From assembly GCA_043751595.1 (NCBI GenBank), contig JAYUZR010000035.1, forward strand, positions 2,534 through 66,533: a stretch of 64,000 nucleotides of DNA, read 5' to 3'. The notes under the pieces were generated by a model. It searched no databases and was not told the DNA's origin. It saw nothing but the letters and a program-made list of their open reading frames with translations. The stretch's first letter is position 1; every line of letters begins with the position of its first letter. Below, piece after piece: positions 35,766 to 44,936 of this stretch. A program made the position numbers and the translations under genes. Origin of the DNA: Candidatus Berkelbacteria bacterium (GTDB lineage: Bacteria; Patescibacteriota; UBA1384; CAILIB01).

Positions 35766-35793
35766 TAAAAAGCTTCCGCAAGGAGGCTTTTTA
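35766..35793 (+). terminator. Rho-independent terminator of the tRNA-secG operon
   Basis: AAGCTTCC-gcaa-GGAGGCTT followed by TTTTAT. Confidence 0.5.
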
Positions 35794-36018
35794 TAATGGT
35801 CTGCTTTTAGCTGGATGAGAACCGTAGGTTCGCTCTGCTCAATTCCACTTGAGCGCTTTGGCGCGAAGAGCAGCTAAGGCAACAACGATATTGTTGCCGC
35901 CGTCCTCTAGGACAACTGATCGGAGTGTTAGGCAACTACCCTGTAATCGCCTCGTCCACCCTTTACTGCACTCCTCCTTGCTATAGACTACATGTAACTC
36001 GTTGGCCGAATAATCGTC

Positions 36019-36690
36019 ATGAAATCAATTCCCAGAAAGTCATTATTTTTATACATAGCCTGTGTAGTAATTCTACTCACAGCTGGTGGGTATGCTTTTT
36101 TCAGCTCTAATAAAAAGACAAATAATCCAATAATAGAATTAGTGAAGCCTGCGGCCCAATTAACAACACAAACTACCAGCTCCGCACCCCCTACAACCAC
36201 ACCGCAACCTGTAAAGCCTGAGGTTATTTCAACCGCCGCTCCAGCGAACCACATGCTAACAATGAAGGAATATTCTAATGCTAATCTTGGATTTGCCATT
36301 TCGTATTCCGACTTCTTCCTTGCAGAGTTAAATAGGGACGCTTCATCAGTAACCACCACCCTTTCCTTGACGAATCCGGATGGTACACAGAATGGCTCAG
36401 CCCTAATTGAAGTCTCTCCCACTGAAATGAATCTTGACCAATACATTTCTGATCTTACCAGCAGTAAACTAATCAGCGATCAACATAAGACCACCATTGC
36501 CGGCATCCCAGCTTACGAGGGGGTCTCGAATGGCTTAGTCTCTCGGTACGGCCTGTTTTTTATTGCTAATGAAAAAGCTTACCGACTCACCTTTTATACG
36601 GGCAACGACTTCGATACCGTTGAAAAGATGAAATCAAACCTATCGGGAAGTCAGAAGGAAGTTATCGCCACATTCGCGCTAATAAAGTAA
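36019..36690 (+). CDS. Hypothetical secreted or membrane-anchored protein
   Basis: N-terminal TM or signal sequence (LFLYIACVVILLTAGGYAFF), a Thr/Pro linker, then a 130-aa domain of unknown function. Confidence 0.4.
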   Translation: MKSIPRKSLFLYIACVVILLTAGGYAFFSSNKKTNNPIIELVKPAAQLTTQTTSSAPPTTTPQPVKPEVISTAAPANHMLTMKEYSNANLGFAISYSDFFLAELNRDASSVTTTLSLTNPDGTQNGSALIEVSPTEMNLDQYISDLTSSKLISDQHKTTIAGIPAYEGVSNGLVSRYGLFFIANEKAYRLTFYTGNDFDTVEKMKSNLSGSQKEVIATFALIK

Positions 36691-36711
36691 CCAGCCGGAT
36701 CACCTCTAGAT

Positions 36712-37056
36712 TTGTCCCCGCCTCCCTTCTCACAGTACAATACAGGCGTGAAGACATCTCTCTATTTTTGGTTTGTCACTATGACAAGCTGGTTCTGGCA
36801 CAGAGCCGGCGATTCAATAGGTGCCTTCGATTCCACCCTTGCCCTCGGTCCTACGCTTCGAAACATCACCAAGCCGCTCTTTCAAGACTTTACCCTACAA
36901 GGAAGAATGGTTGGGTTGCTTTTACGAATCTGTCGTATTTTATTGGCCCTTCTTTTGTACAGCGTTATCAGCATCTTTTGGCTCATTCTCTACACGGCTT
37001 GGATTGGCATTCCAATTATTGCCACTTTCGCATTGGTTAGCGTCTTCCGATCATGA
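36712..37056 (+). CDS. Small hypothetical membrane protein, possibly translationally coupled to the downstream AAA+ gene (ATGA overlap)
   Basis: Two C-terminal TM helices. Alternative frames in this interval encode Cys/His/Arg-rich low-complexity peptides. Confidence 0.3.
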   Translation: MSPPPFSQYNTGVKTSLYFWFVTMTSWFWHRAGDSIGAFDSTLALGPTLRNITKPLFQDFTLQGRMVGLLLRICRILLALLLYSVISIFWLILYTAWIGIPIIATFALVSVFRS

Positions 37057-39668
37057 GCGCAACATTACAATGGTGCGCCACTTGCAACGGCACGGGAGTA
37101 GAGGCAAAAACCGGTATGGTTCATTCCTGCCCTGTTTGCAACGGAACAGGAGGGACCGTCTTTATTTTGAACAAGCGCTTTGTCATCGATCCTCCGCTTT
37201 TGCATACCCGACACAGTGCGAGCAACGAGAGCTTTAAGCGAACACTCACTACGGGCCTAGCTGCATTCTTCTTTGTACTCATGGTAGCCGGACTGGTTGC
37301 CTGGGTAATCACTCAAGAAAAGTACGCAGCTGTCATCTTTAGCCTAGGCAGCTATGCATCACTCTTTTGGGCAGGTGGCCACTTGGCAAATATCCGTCCG
37401 CCCCACCTTAGCTTGCAGGCATTAGGTTCCACCGATAAGCCGGCTAGTTTTATTCGGTACTGCGATGACAGAGTAATTACCATTCTTGAGGGTGCAGCAC
37501 AGCAAGCACTCTCAGAAAACTCTGCCGAGATTACCCCGTTCCACATGCTGGAAGCACTTCTAGAAGATAGTAGAATCCAGAACGTACTCCTTCGTGGAGA
37601 GTGCGATCTTAACGCCTTTACTCAATATATTGCCAGCCTCAAAACTAAAGCAGAGGCGCCTGTGCAGGTTACTCATTTTTCTTCTGCATCCAAAGAGGTA
37701 CTAGCCAACTCTCTGGCCATCGCCCTAGAAAACGAGCTTCCTCATGTAGATGGCGAAGATATATTGCTAGCAATTGTTAATTACTATCCCGAACTTGCAC
37801 AGCTTGTTAAACAGTTCTCAATTACACCAGAGCAACTCTACGATTTAGCCCGCTGGATGGGGTGGGAAGATGCCCAGCGCGATTGGTGGGTACAATGGGG
37901 CAAGGGAGGACGCGGAAAGCCTAAGGGTAAGATGAATAAGGCCTGGAGTGCGCTTCCCACACCGACTCTTGATCACTTCGGGAACGATCTAACCAGCCAT
38001 ATCCCAAGAGAAAACCTTGCCCTCTTAAAGGCGCGCGATAAAGAACTCCTAGAAACCCTTGGTATTTTGGGGCGAAGTGGCCGCAATAGCATGCTAATTA
38101 GAAGTGAAGATGCTTTGGGTTCTCGCGCTATCATTTCTGCCATCGCTCTCAGAATGCTCGAAGAAAATGTTCCGGAGCCCCTTTTGGATAAGCGACTAGT
38201 CGAGGTGGATATCGCCGCCCTTCTAACTAGTAGCGCACACCCAGAACAACTACTTCAATCTCTATTAGTTGAGATTTCTAATGCCGGCAATGTTGTCTTG
38301 GTACTTCCGAGTATTCAGCTACTAGCGCCAAGTAGTAAGCAAAGCCTAGATGCCTCTGCCGTCCTTGTTTCAGCCATTACTCAAGGAAATATTCAGGTAC
38401 TGAGTACCTGCAATCATGGTGACTACCGCCGCTACATTGAAGGAAATCCCAACCTTAAAGATGCGCTCTCAGTTGTTACCCTAGCCGAACTTACCCCAGC
38501 CGAAGCCCTTCCAGTGCTAGAGCTTGAGGTTCCTCGCCTTGAAAGCAAGTACAACGTTGGCATAACCTATCCAGCCCTTATGCGTGCCGTCACGCTGGCT
38601 AGTCGCCTTATCAGCGATCCACCCCTTCCGCGCAGTGCCCTAGACCTATTAGAGGAGCTTGCTAGTGCACAGTCTCAGAAGGGCGGCGGGGTTATCGACC
38701 AATCTTCTATCGATGCCCTGGTTCAGCAAAAAACTGGAGTGCCCGTTGGTATGGTTGATGGCCAGGAAAAAGACCGTCTCCTGCATATTGAAGAGGAGTT
38801 GAGTAATCGAGTAATCGGCCAGAGCCTGGCTACCCACCTTGTTGCTCAAGCCATTCAACGTTCGCGAGCTGGTCTCCACCAGAGCAACCGTCCGGTGAGT
38901 AGCTTCTTATTTGTTGGACCTACTGGTGTAGGCAAAACCGAAACCGCTAAAGCCCTAGCTGCCATCTATTTTGGGTCGGAAGAACGAATGGTGCGCATAG
39001 ATATGAGTGAGTACCAGGAGCCGCAATCGGTGTATCGCCTAATTGGAGCACCCGCCCAGAGCAGCGATGCCCTTACCGAGGGTGGCATGCTTACCACCCC
39101 TATTCGAGAACACCCCTTTAGTCTCATTCTGCTCGATGAGTTTGAAAAGGCCCACCCCGATGTTCTTAACCTGTTCCTACAACTCTTAGATGATGGCCGC
39201 CTAACCGATAACGCCGGAAGGACCGTTAAGTACAGTAATACGATTGTGATCGCCACCTCCAATGCTGGAGTAAAAGAAATGGTAGAACTTAGCCTACGCG
39301 GGTTATCACCCGAAGAGTTTGAAAAGGAAAGTATGGCCGTGCTTAAGAACTATTATAAGCCCGAGCTTATCAACCGTTTTGATGCCGTAATTCCGTTCTC
39401 AGCACTACGAAGGGAGGAGGTACTCACCATCACCCAGAATCAGCTTAAGCACCTTATCAATTCTACTCGCGATCAAGGGTATGAAATTAGCTTTAGCGAG
39501 GATGCTGTCCAGTATATTGCTGATCGCGGATATAACCCTGAGTTTGGTGCGCGCCCGATTCGCCGGGCGGTTCAAGATATTGCCGAGAGCCGCGTAGCCT
39601 CACTCCTCCTTAGTGACCAACTTCCCAAGGATCGACCGCTGGAAATTACAGCAGACATGTTACGATAA
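37053..39668 (+). CDS. Membrane-anchored ClpB/ClpC-like AAA+ protein: DnaJ-type CxxCxGxG zinc finger, two TM helices, Clp_N repeats, degenerate D1, intact D2
   Basis: CATCNGTG and CPVCNGTG zinc-finger repeats. TM helix LAAFFFVLMVAGLVAWVI. Clp N-domain. A D1 region without a Walker A. D2 with FVGPTGVGKTE, LILLDEFEKAH, sensor and ClpB_D2-small motifs. No IGF or VGF ClpP-docking loop. Confidence 0.65.
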   Translation: MSATLQWCATCNGTGVEAKTGMVHSCPVCNGTGGTVFILNKRFVIDPPLLHTRHSASNESFKRTLTTGLAAFFFVLMVAGLVAWVITQEKYAAVIFSLGSYASLFWAGGHLANIRPPHLSLQALGSTDKPASFIRYCDDRVITILEGAAQQALSENSAEITPFHMLEALLEDSRIQNVLLRGECDLNAFTQYIASLKTKAEAPVQVTHFSSASKEVLANSLAIALENELPHVDGEDILLAIVNYYPELAQLVKQFSITPEQLYDLARWMGWEDAQRDWWVQWGKGGRGKPKGKMNKAWSALPTPTLDHFGNDLTSHIPRENLALLKARDKELLETLGILGRSGRNSMLIRSEDALGSRAIISAIALRMLEENVPEPLLDKRLVEVDIAALLTSSAHPEQLLQSLLVEISNAGNVVLVLPSIQLLAPSSKQSLDASAVLVSAITQGNIQVLSTCNHGDYRRYIEGNPNLKDALSVVTLAELTPAEALPVLELEVPRLESKYNVGITYPALMRAVTLASRLISDPPLPRSALDLLEELASAQSQKGGGVIDQSSIDALVQQKTGVPVGMVDGQEKDRLLHIEEELSNRVIGQSLATHLVAQAIQRSRAGLHQSNRPVSSFLFVGPTGVGKTETAKALAAIYFGSEERMVRIDMSEYQEPQSVYRLIGAPAQSSDALTEGGMLTTPIREHPFSLILLDEFEKAHPDVLNLFLQLLDDGRLTDNAGRTVKYSNTIVIATSNAGVKEMVELSLRGLSPEEFEKESMAVLKNYYKPELINRFDAVIPFSALRREEVLTITQNQLKHLINSTRDQGYEISFSEDAVQYIADRGYNPEFGARPIRRAVQDIAESRVASLLLSDQLPKDRPLEITADMLR

Positions 39669-39672
39669 CACT

Positions 39673-40461
39673 ATGAGAATTACTCACACGATAGCAACGA
39701 GAAAAAGGGCGTTCACCCTCATCGAGCTCATGGTAGCCGTGCTTATCATTGCCTTAATTAGTGCGTTCGCCACCACCAACTTCTTGGCCGCACAGCGCAA
39801 CGCTCGTGATAACGCTCGTAAAGCAACAGTAAATGCTATAGCAACAGCTGTAGAAAGCTACTATGCCGCCAAGCGCACCTTCCCAGGGCGGACCGATGCA
39901 GCTGCTGATGTAGGTGGAGCGCCAACCAATATTACTCAATACAACGACGCCGCCCGCGGATGCCAGTTTATTCTTGATTACGGCGTCACTGGCGAATATC
40001 CTTACCTTTACAGCTACGTACCTTACACTCAAGGACAGGATTGTGATAACCCGCCTACGCCAGTACCACCTCTGGCTGGGCCAAGTGGCAGCCTTACCGT
40101 ATATGGTAATAGCTTATACCTGCCTACCAGAAGCTGGATTCCAGGCCTAGGTGATTACCTAAGCCCTACTCCGATTGAGCGTCGCTTTTCAGATGTTACC
40201 GGTAGTGGAATCGAACCCTACGCCAATCCTCCGGCAGCAGATCTTCTTGGCACCACCTACCTGCGCACCCTCCAGTATCGCCGCCTTGATGGGGGCTATA
40301 TGGTGTCTGCCAAGCTTGAAAATAGTGCCATCGACCAAGATGCAATTCCTACTGGAACCAACGATGCACAGCCTTATTTACCAAAGCGGTTCAGAAGCGC
40401 TGCTACAGGTGGAACCGGCACCGGAATTACCAACACCAATGTCTATATCATTCGTAAATAA
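39673..40461 (+). CDS. Type IV pilin-like protein (prepilin N-terminal domain)
   Basis: Leader MRITHTIATRKRA, then FTLIELMVAVLIIALISAF. Start taken at the internal ATG because the longer ORF overlaps the AAA+ gene. Confidence 0.55.
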   Translation: MRITHTIATRKRAFTLIELMVAVLIIALISAFATTNFLAAQRNARDNARKATVNAIATAVESYYAAKRTFPGRTDAAADVGGAPTNITQYNDAARGCQFILDYGVTGEYPYLYSYVPYTQGQDCDNPPTPVPPLAGPSGSLTVYGNSLYLPTRSWIPGLGDYLSPTPIERRFSDVTGSGIEPYANPPAADLLGTTYLRTLQYRRLDGGYMVSAKLENSAIDQDAIPTGTNDAQPYLPKRFRSAATGGTGTGITNTNVYIIRK

Positions 40462-41035
40462 GTATAGGCGCCTAAGCGCCTTTACTATTATCGAGCTGTT
40501 AGTGGTACTGATTATTATCGGCATCATTCTTTCGCTCAGTGGAATCCAATATAGCGTTAGCCGAAAGCATGCTCGCGACGCTCTTCGCGTTTCTCATCTT
40601 CAACAGTACGCTGCAGTACTTGAACAATCCGCCCTCCTAAGCCAGGGGCGCTATCCCAAGTCTGGTGGGGCGGGAGATATTTCCTGCGCCGATCAAATTG
40701 TCTTTCCTTCTGGAATCACGCTTTCTCAGTTTACAAACGGCATCGCCCCAAAAGACCCGTTCCCGTTTTCTACCACCATCTCTTGCAATGCAGATGCACA
40801 GGGTGGCTACAGGTACCACACCCAGTACCAACTTTCTGCCGCCAGCCAGGCCGTAGTAACTAAGCATACTTATATTCTTGAGACTCTTCTCGAGCTTGAG
40901 CGTGATACTGACACCAACATCCTACAAACCCCTGCCGAGCTAGGTGGCAACCTACCTGCCGTAGACGCTACAAGTGGCCGCTCACGCTACTTTTTGGCTG
41001 GAATCTACTGCAGCACCATGCCCTGCTACAAGTAG
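40439..41035 (+). CDS. Type IV pilin-like protein (prepilin N-terminal domain), possibly a minor pilin
   Basis: Leader MSISFVNKYRRLSA, then FTIIELLVVLIIIGIIL. 23-nt overlap with the upstream pilin gene. Confidence 0.5.
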   Translation: MSISFVNKYRRLSAFTIIELLVVLIIIGIILSLSGIQYSVSRKHARDALRVSHLQQYAAVLEQSALLSQGRYPKSGGAGDISCADQIVFPSGITLSQFTNGIAPKDPFPFSTTISCNADAQGGYRYHTQYQLSAASQAVVTKHTYILETLLELERDTDTNILQTPAELGGNLPAVDATSGRSRYFLAGIYCSTMPCYK

Positions 41036-41083
41036 CCAGATCAAGCCTTGCTTAGGCCTAACAAATTGGGTATAGCAGAGTGT

Positions 41084-42250
41084 ATGACTACTACCGAGCT
41101 CACCCCCAAGCAGCAGCTCTCAGAGCTAATCCGTACAAGTAAGAGTATTCTCTTAATCACCCACGAACACCCCGATGGTGACGCACTCGGATCGCTCCTT
41201 GCCTTGCATCATGCGCTCACTAAAATGGGCAAGAAGGTTACTTCTGCAGTAGACGGCGACATTGCCGATTACTATCAGTTCCTTCCTGGAATCAATCAAA
41301 TCGAGCGCGAGTTTAGTAGCAACAAAGACCTTCTCATCATGGTTGATGAGTCACAGGCCAAGGTTGGCAATGTTTCGCTTAAGCGCCTAGGCGAGAATAA
41401 GCTAATGATCGTCGTCACGCCAAAGGATGGCATTCTTGTTCCAGAGAACTTCTTAATAGAGGACGGCTCCTTCGATTTTGATGCCATTATTGCCGTAGAT
41501 TGCTCCAGCAAAGAGCGACTAGGCGCCTTAGCAGACCGCTGCGCCGATCTCTTCTACGAGGTTCCCTTAGTTAATATCGATCACCACCCCGGTAATACCA
41601 ACTTCGGCAAGATCAATCTGGTAGATATTGCTGCTTCATCAACTGCCGAGTTACTCGTGGCCATTCTCGAGATGGTCGGGCGCGATCAAGGCCTTATCAC
41701 CGAACAAGTTGCTACCTGCCTTCTAGCTGGAATTATCTCCGATACCAGCAGCTTCCAAAACTCCAACACCACACCGAAGTCTCTTACTGTTGCTGCACAA
41801 CTAGTAGCTGCTGGCGGAAAGCAGCAAGAAATTGTCCGAGAGCTCTTTAAGAACCGCTCTCTTGCCATGCTTCGTCTTTGGGGCCGCGCCCTTTCGTACA
41901 TCAAAGAAGATGCCCCCCACCGCTTTGCCTGGTCCACCCTTAGTAAGGCAGATTTTGTCGCTTCTCAGGCCACGCCAGATATGGCTCGCAGCCTGATTGA
42001 TGAACTCCTCAAAACCGCTCAGGGTGTAGATTTTGTCCTACTTCTCACCGAAGAAGATGGTTCAGTAGTAGGAAATCTCCGCAGTGTTAAACCCACCGCC
42101 GATGTTCGCCAACTAGCCGTTAGCTTTGGTGGCGCAGGCCATGCTCAAGCAGCCGGATTTACCCTTGAAGATGCAAAGATTCAAGAGAAAGAACAAGAAA
42201 TCATTTCTCAGATTCGCCAACTTCTTACCGACGGCCTTTCGGCAGTCTAG
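41084..42250 (+). CDS. nrnA: DHH/DHHA1 phosphoesterase, NrnA-like (oligoribonuclease / pAp phosphatase)
   Basis: HEHPDGDALGS, NIDHHPGN and the DHHA1 motif GGAGHAQAAGF. Confidence 0.6.
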   Translation: MTTTELTPKQQLSELIRTSKSILLITHEHPDGDALGSLLALHHALTKMGKKVTSAVDGDIADYYQFLPGINQIEREFSSNKDLLIMVDESQAKVGNVSLKRLGENKLMIVVTPKDGILVPENFLIEDGSFDFDAIIAVDCSSKERLGALADRCADLFYEVPLVNIDHHPGNTNFGKINLVDIAASSTAELLVAILEMVGRDQGLITEQVATCLLAGIISDTSSFQNSNTTPKSLTVAAQLVAAGGKQQEIVRELFKNRSLAMLRLWGRALSYIKEDAPHRFAWSTLSKADFVASQATPDMARSLIDELLKTAQGVDFVLLLTEEDGSVVGNLRSVKPTADVRQLAVSFGGAGHAQAAGFTLEDAKIQEKEQEIISQIRQLLTDGLSAV

Positions 42251-42328
42251 CAATTGGTTGAATCTCGGCGGAAATTAAGATATAGTCACCACGTTTTACA
42301 GCGCCCTAGCGCATTTCATCTACCTCGT

Positions 42329-42580
42329 ATGTCAACAGTCCAGGTTACCCAATTCCAAACCCACCCTAACGACACCGGTTCTGTACAGGTACAGATCGCG
42401 CGTCTTAGCCAAACTATCACCGAGCTCACCGAGCACCTTAAGCTTCACCGCAAAGATCACAGCTCACGCGCTGGTCTTCTTAAAATGGTTGGCCGCCGCC
42501 GCCGTCTACTTAATTACCTATCGAACAACAGCCAGAGTTCCTACGCGGATCTCATCAAAGAGCTAGGGCTTCGTAAGTAA
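42329..42580 (+). CDS. rpsO: 30S ribosomal protein S15
   Basis: [48 protein letters not shown]. Sits immediately upstream of pnp, the classic rpsO-pnp arrangement. Confidence 0.85.
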   Translation: MSTVQVTQFQTHPNDTGSVQVQIARLSQTITELTEHLKLHRKDHSSRAGLLKMVGRRRRLLNYLSNNSQSSYADLIKELGLRK

Positions 42581-44685
42581 TGGCGCTTCAGCGCTATACC
42601 AGTCTACTAGGAGAGACCAAGCTCACATTCGAGTTTGGTCGCTTTGCTGAACAGGCCCACGCAGCTGTCACCGTACAGGCTGGTGAGACCGTAGTACTGG
42701 CCACCGTTGTGGTTGCTAAACAAGAGCGCGAAGGTATCGATTACTTCCCTCTTATGGTTGATTACGAGGAGCGTCTCTACGCTGCTGGTAAGATTTCTGG
42801 CTCTCGCTTTATTAAGCGCGAAGGCCGTCCATCTGAAGAAGCCATTCTTACCGCCCGCCTCGTCGATCGTCCGCTCCGTCCCCTCTTCGATAAAAAGTTT
42901 CGCCGCGATGTTCAGGTAATTATTACCGTTCTTTCGGTAGATACCGAGTACGACCCAGATGTTTTGGCGATTATCGCCGCTTCTGCCGCTCTAAGCAAAG
43001 CTGGCAAGGCTCCTTTTGCCGGACCAGTTGCCGCTTGCCGCATTGGTATGATCGACGGAAAACTCGTGGTACACCCTACCCGCCTTCAGATGGAAGCATC
43101 CGATCTCGATTTGGTTGTAGCTGGTACTGCTGACCGCATCATGATGGTTGAAGCTGGCGCTAACGAAGTTCCTGAAGATGTAATGCTTGAGGCACTTAAA
43201 CTCGCACAGAGCTCGATGCAAGATGTGATCAAGACTCAAAAAGAGTTCTTCGTCCCCTATTCTTCTGAAGAAGCTATCAAGGCTGGGCCAACTGCCGAAG
43301 ATACTATTATCGAGCAATACGGATCAGCCATTAAGGCCGCTTACGCTACTGGCGCAGATCGTCGCGAAAAGCTTGATGCCCTTCTGGCCACTATCTTGGT
43401 TGAGCTTGATGGCAAGTTTAAGCAAAGTGAGATTAAGACTGTTTTCGGCAAGTTGTTCGATAAAGAAGTACGCACCGCTATTCTCGATCGCAAAGAACGC
43501 CCAGATGGTCGCGCCATTACCGAGGTTCGCCCAATCACTATTGAGGTCGGCCTCCTGCCCCGCACTCACGGATCTGGTTTGTTCACTCGCGGACAGACAC
43601 AGGCTCTTACCATTGCCACCCTTGGCGCACCTGGTGATGAGCAGATGATTGACACTATGGAGACCGAAGGTACCAAGCGCTACATGCACCACTACAACTT
43701 CCCTCCGTTTTCAACCGGAGAGACCTCCCCTGTTCGTGGCGCATCCCGCCGCGAGATTGGGCACGGAGCCCTCGCTGAACGCGCCCTGGTGCCCGTTTTG
43801 CCGGATAAGGATACTTTCCCCTACACCATTCGTTTAGTGTCCGAGATTCTGTCCTCAAACGGTTCTTCGTCGATGGCTGCAACCTGCGGCTCTACCCTCG
43901 CCCTTATGGACGCTGGTGTGCCCATTAAAAAGCCAGTTGCCGGTGTTGCTATGGGATTGGTTACCAACCACGACTCTAGTGTGTTCGAGGTCTTAACCGA
44001 TCTACAGGGACAAGAAGACTTCTCTGGCGATATGGACTTCAAGATTGCTGGAACAAGAGATGGTATTACTGCTATCCAGATGGATACCAAGATTGCCGGT
44101 CTTAGCTGGCCCATTATTGAGCAGACGCTTACTCAGGCCTACACCGGGCGTATGCACATTATGGATAAGATGCTCGAAGCTCTTCCTGAGCCTCGTGCCG
44201 ATATCTCTGCCTATGCACCGCGCATTGTGGCGATCAAGATTGCTCCCGAGAAAATTGGTGAGCTTATCGGACCTGGTGGGAAAAACATCAATAGAATTAT
44301 TGATGCAGCTGGTGGAAAGTCTGTTACCTCAATTGATATTGAAGAGGACGGAACGGTTCTTATTTCTTCAACCGACGCTGAGTTAGCCCAACACGCTATC
44401 TCTGAGATTCAGGCCATTGGCCGCGTAATCGAGGTTGGTGAGGTGTTCGATGGCTACGTTGCCGGTATCGTGCGTGATCGTAACGATCCTACTAAGGAAA
44501 TTGGAGCAATCGTTGAGTTCTTGCCTGGCAAGGATGGTATGGTCCATATTTCTCAAGTTAGCAACGAGCGTATCGCCAATATTTCATCTTTGTTGAATGT
44601 TGGTGACACCGTACGCGTTAAGGTGATTGCCATTGATCCAGAGAAGGGACGCTTCTCCCTCTCGATCAAAGATGTGACCGACTAG
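42580..44685 (+). CDS. pnp: Polyribonucleotide nucleotidyltransferase (PNPase)
   Basis: Two RNase PH domains, a KH domain (IGELIGPGGKNINRI) and a C-terminal S1 domain. Its ATG overlaps the rpsO stop. Confidence 0.9.
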   Translation: MALQRYTSLLGETKLTFEFGRFAEQAHAAVTVQAGETVVLATVVVAKQEREGIDYFPLMVDYEERLYAAGKISGSRFIKREGRPSEEAILTARLVDRPLRPLFDKKFRRDVQVIITVLSVDTEYDPDVLAIIAASAALSKAGKAPFAGPVAACRIGMIDGKLVVHPTRLQMEASDLDLVVAGTADRIMMVEAGANEVPEDVMLEALKLAQSSMQDVIKTQKEFFVPYSSEEAIKAGPTAEDTIIEQYGSAIKAAYATGADRREKLDALLATILVELDGKFKQSEIKTVFGKLFDKEVRTAILDRKERPDGRAITEVRPITIEVGLLPRTHGSGLFTRGQTQALTIATLGAPGDEQMIDTMETEGTKRYMHHYNFPPFSTGETSPVRGASRREIGHGALAERALVPVLPDKDTFPYTIRLVSEILSSNGSSSMAATCGSTLALMDAGVPIKKPVAGVAMGLVTNHDSSVFEVLTDLQGQEDFSGDMDFKIAGTRDGITAIQMDTKIAGLSWPIIEQTLTQAYTGRMHIMDKMLEALPEPRADISAYAPRIVAIKIAPEKIGELIGPGGKNINRIIDAAGGKSVTSIDIEEDGTVLISSTDAELAQHAISEIQAIGRVIEVGEVFDGYVAGIVRDRNDPTKEIGAIVEFLPGKDGMVHISQVSNERIANISSLLNVGDTVRVKVIAIDPEKGRFSLSIKDVTD

Positions 44686-44704
44686 GCGAGTAGTCGCTTG
44701 TACT

Positions 44705-44732
44705 AAAAAAGAACGGGAAACCGTTCTTTTTT
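44705..44732. terminator. Rho-independent terminator, usable in both directions
   Basis: An A6 run, GAACGG-gaaa-CCGTTC, then T6. Confidence 0.6.
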
Positions 44733-44734
44733 AG

Positions 44735-44811
44735 TGGTCGGCTTGATGGGACTTGAACCCATGACCGGCGCCTTATAAGAGCGCTGCTCTAACCAGCTGA
44801 GCTACAAGCCG
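44735..44811 (-). tRNA. tRNA-Ile with a UAU (TAT) anticodon, CCA encoded
   Basis: Reverse complement is CGGCTTG-TA-GCTC-AGCTGGTTA-GAGC-A-GCGCT-CTTATAA-GGCGC-CGGTC-ATGGG-TTCAAGT-CCCAT-CAAGCCG-A-CCA. U33 and A37 flank the TAT anticodon. Confidence 0.75.
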
Positions 44812-44936
44812 AGAGAAGGAGGGAATAAACAAGTTTACTTGTTTATTCGTGACTGAACGAGGCGTGTATCCGGCAAGGCCGGATACCAGGAGACACAAGA
44901 CACCCAAAAACCTGTCTCACTATGCCAGAATCTCTC

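Noticed and set aside
35988-36446. A 152-aa minus-strand ORF and a 61-aa plus-strand ORF (35925..36110) in the gap after the tRNA operon.
   Set aside because: The minus ORF runs antisense to the better-supported secreted-protein gene 36019..36690 and into the non-coding leader. Neither has a domain. The 219-nt leader at 35797..36018 has several small hairpins (GCAACAA-cgata-TTGTTGC and GCGC-tttg-GCGC) but nothing recognisable as a known riboswitch.
36768-37237. Alternative-frame ORFs 36768..37040 and 36821..37237 overlapping the small membrane ORF and the AAA+ gene start.
   Set aside because: The translations are Cys/His/Arg-rich with no hydrophobic or domain structure. The 36712 frame with two TM helices and ATGA coupling is more plausible, though still low confidence.
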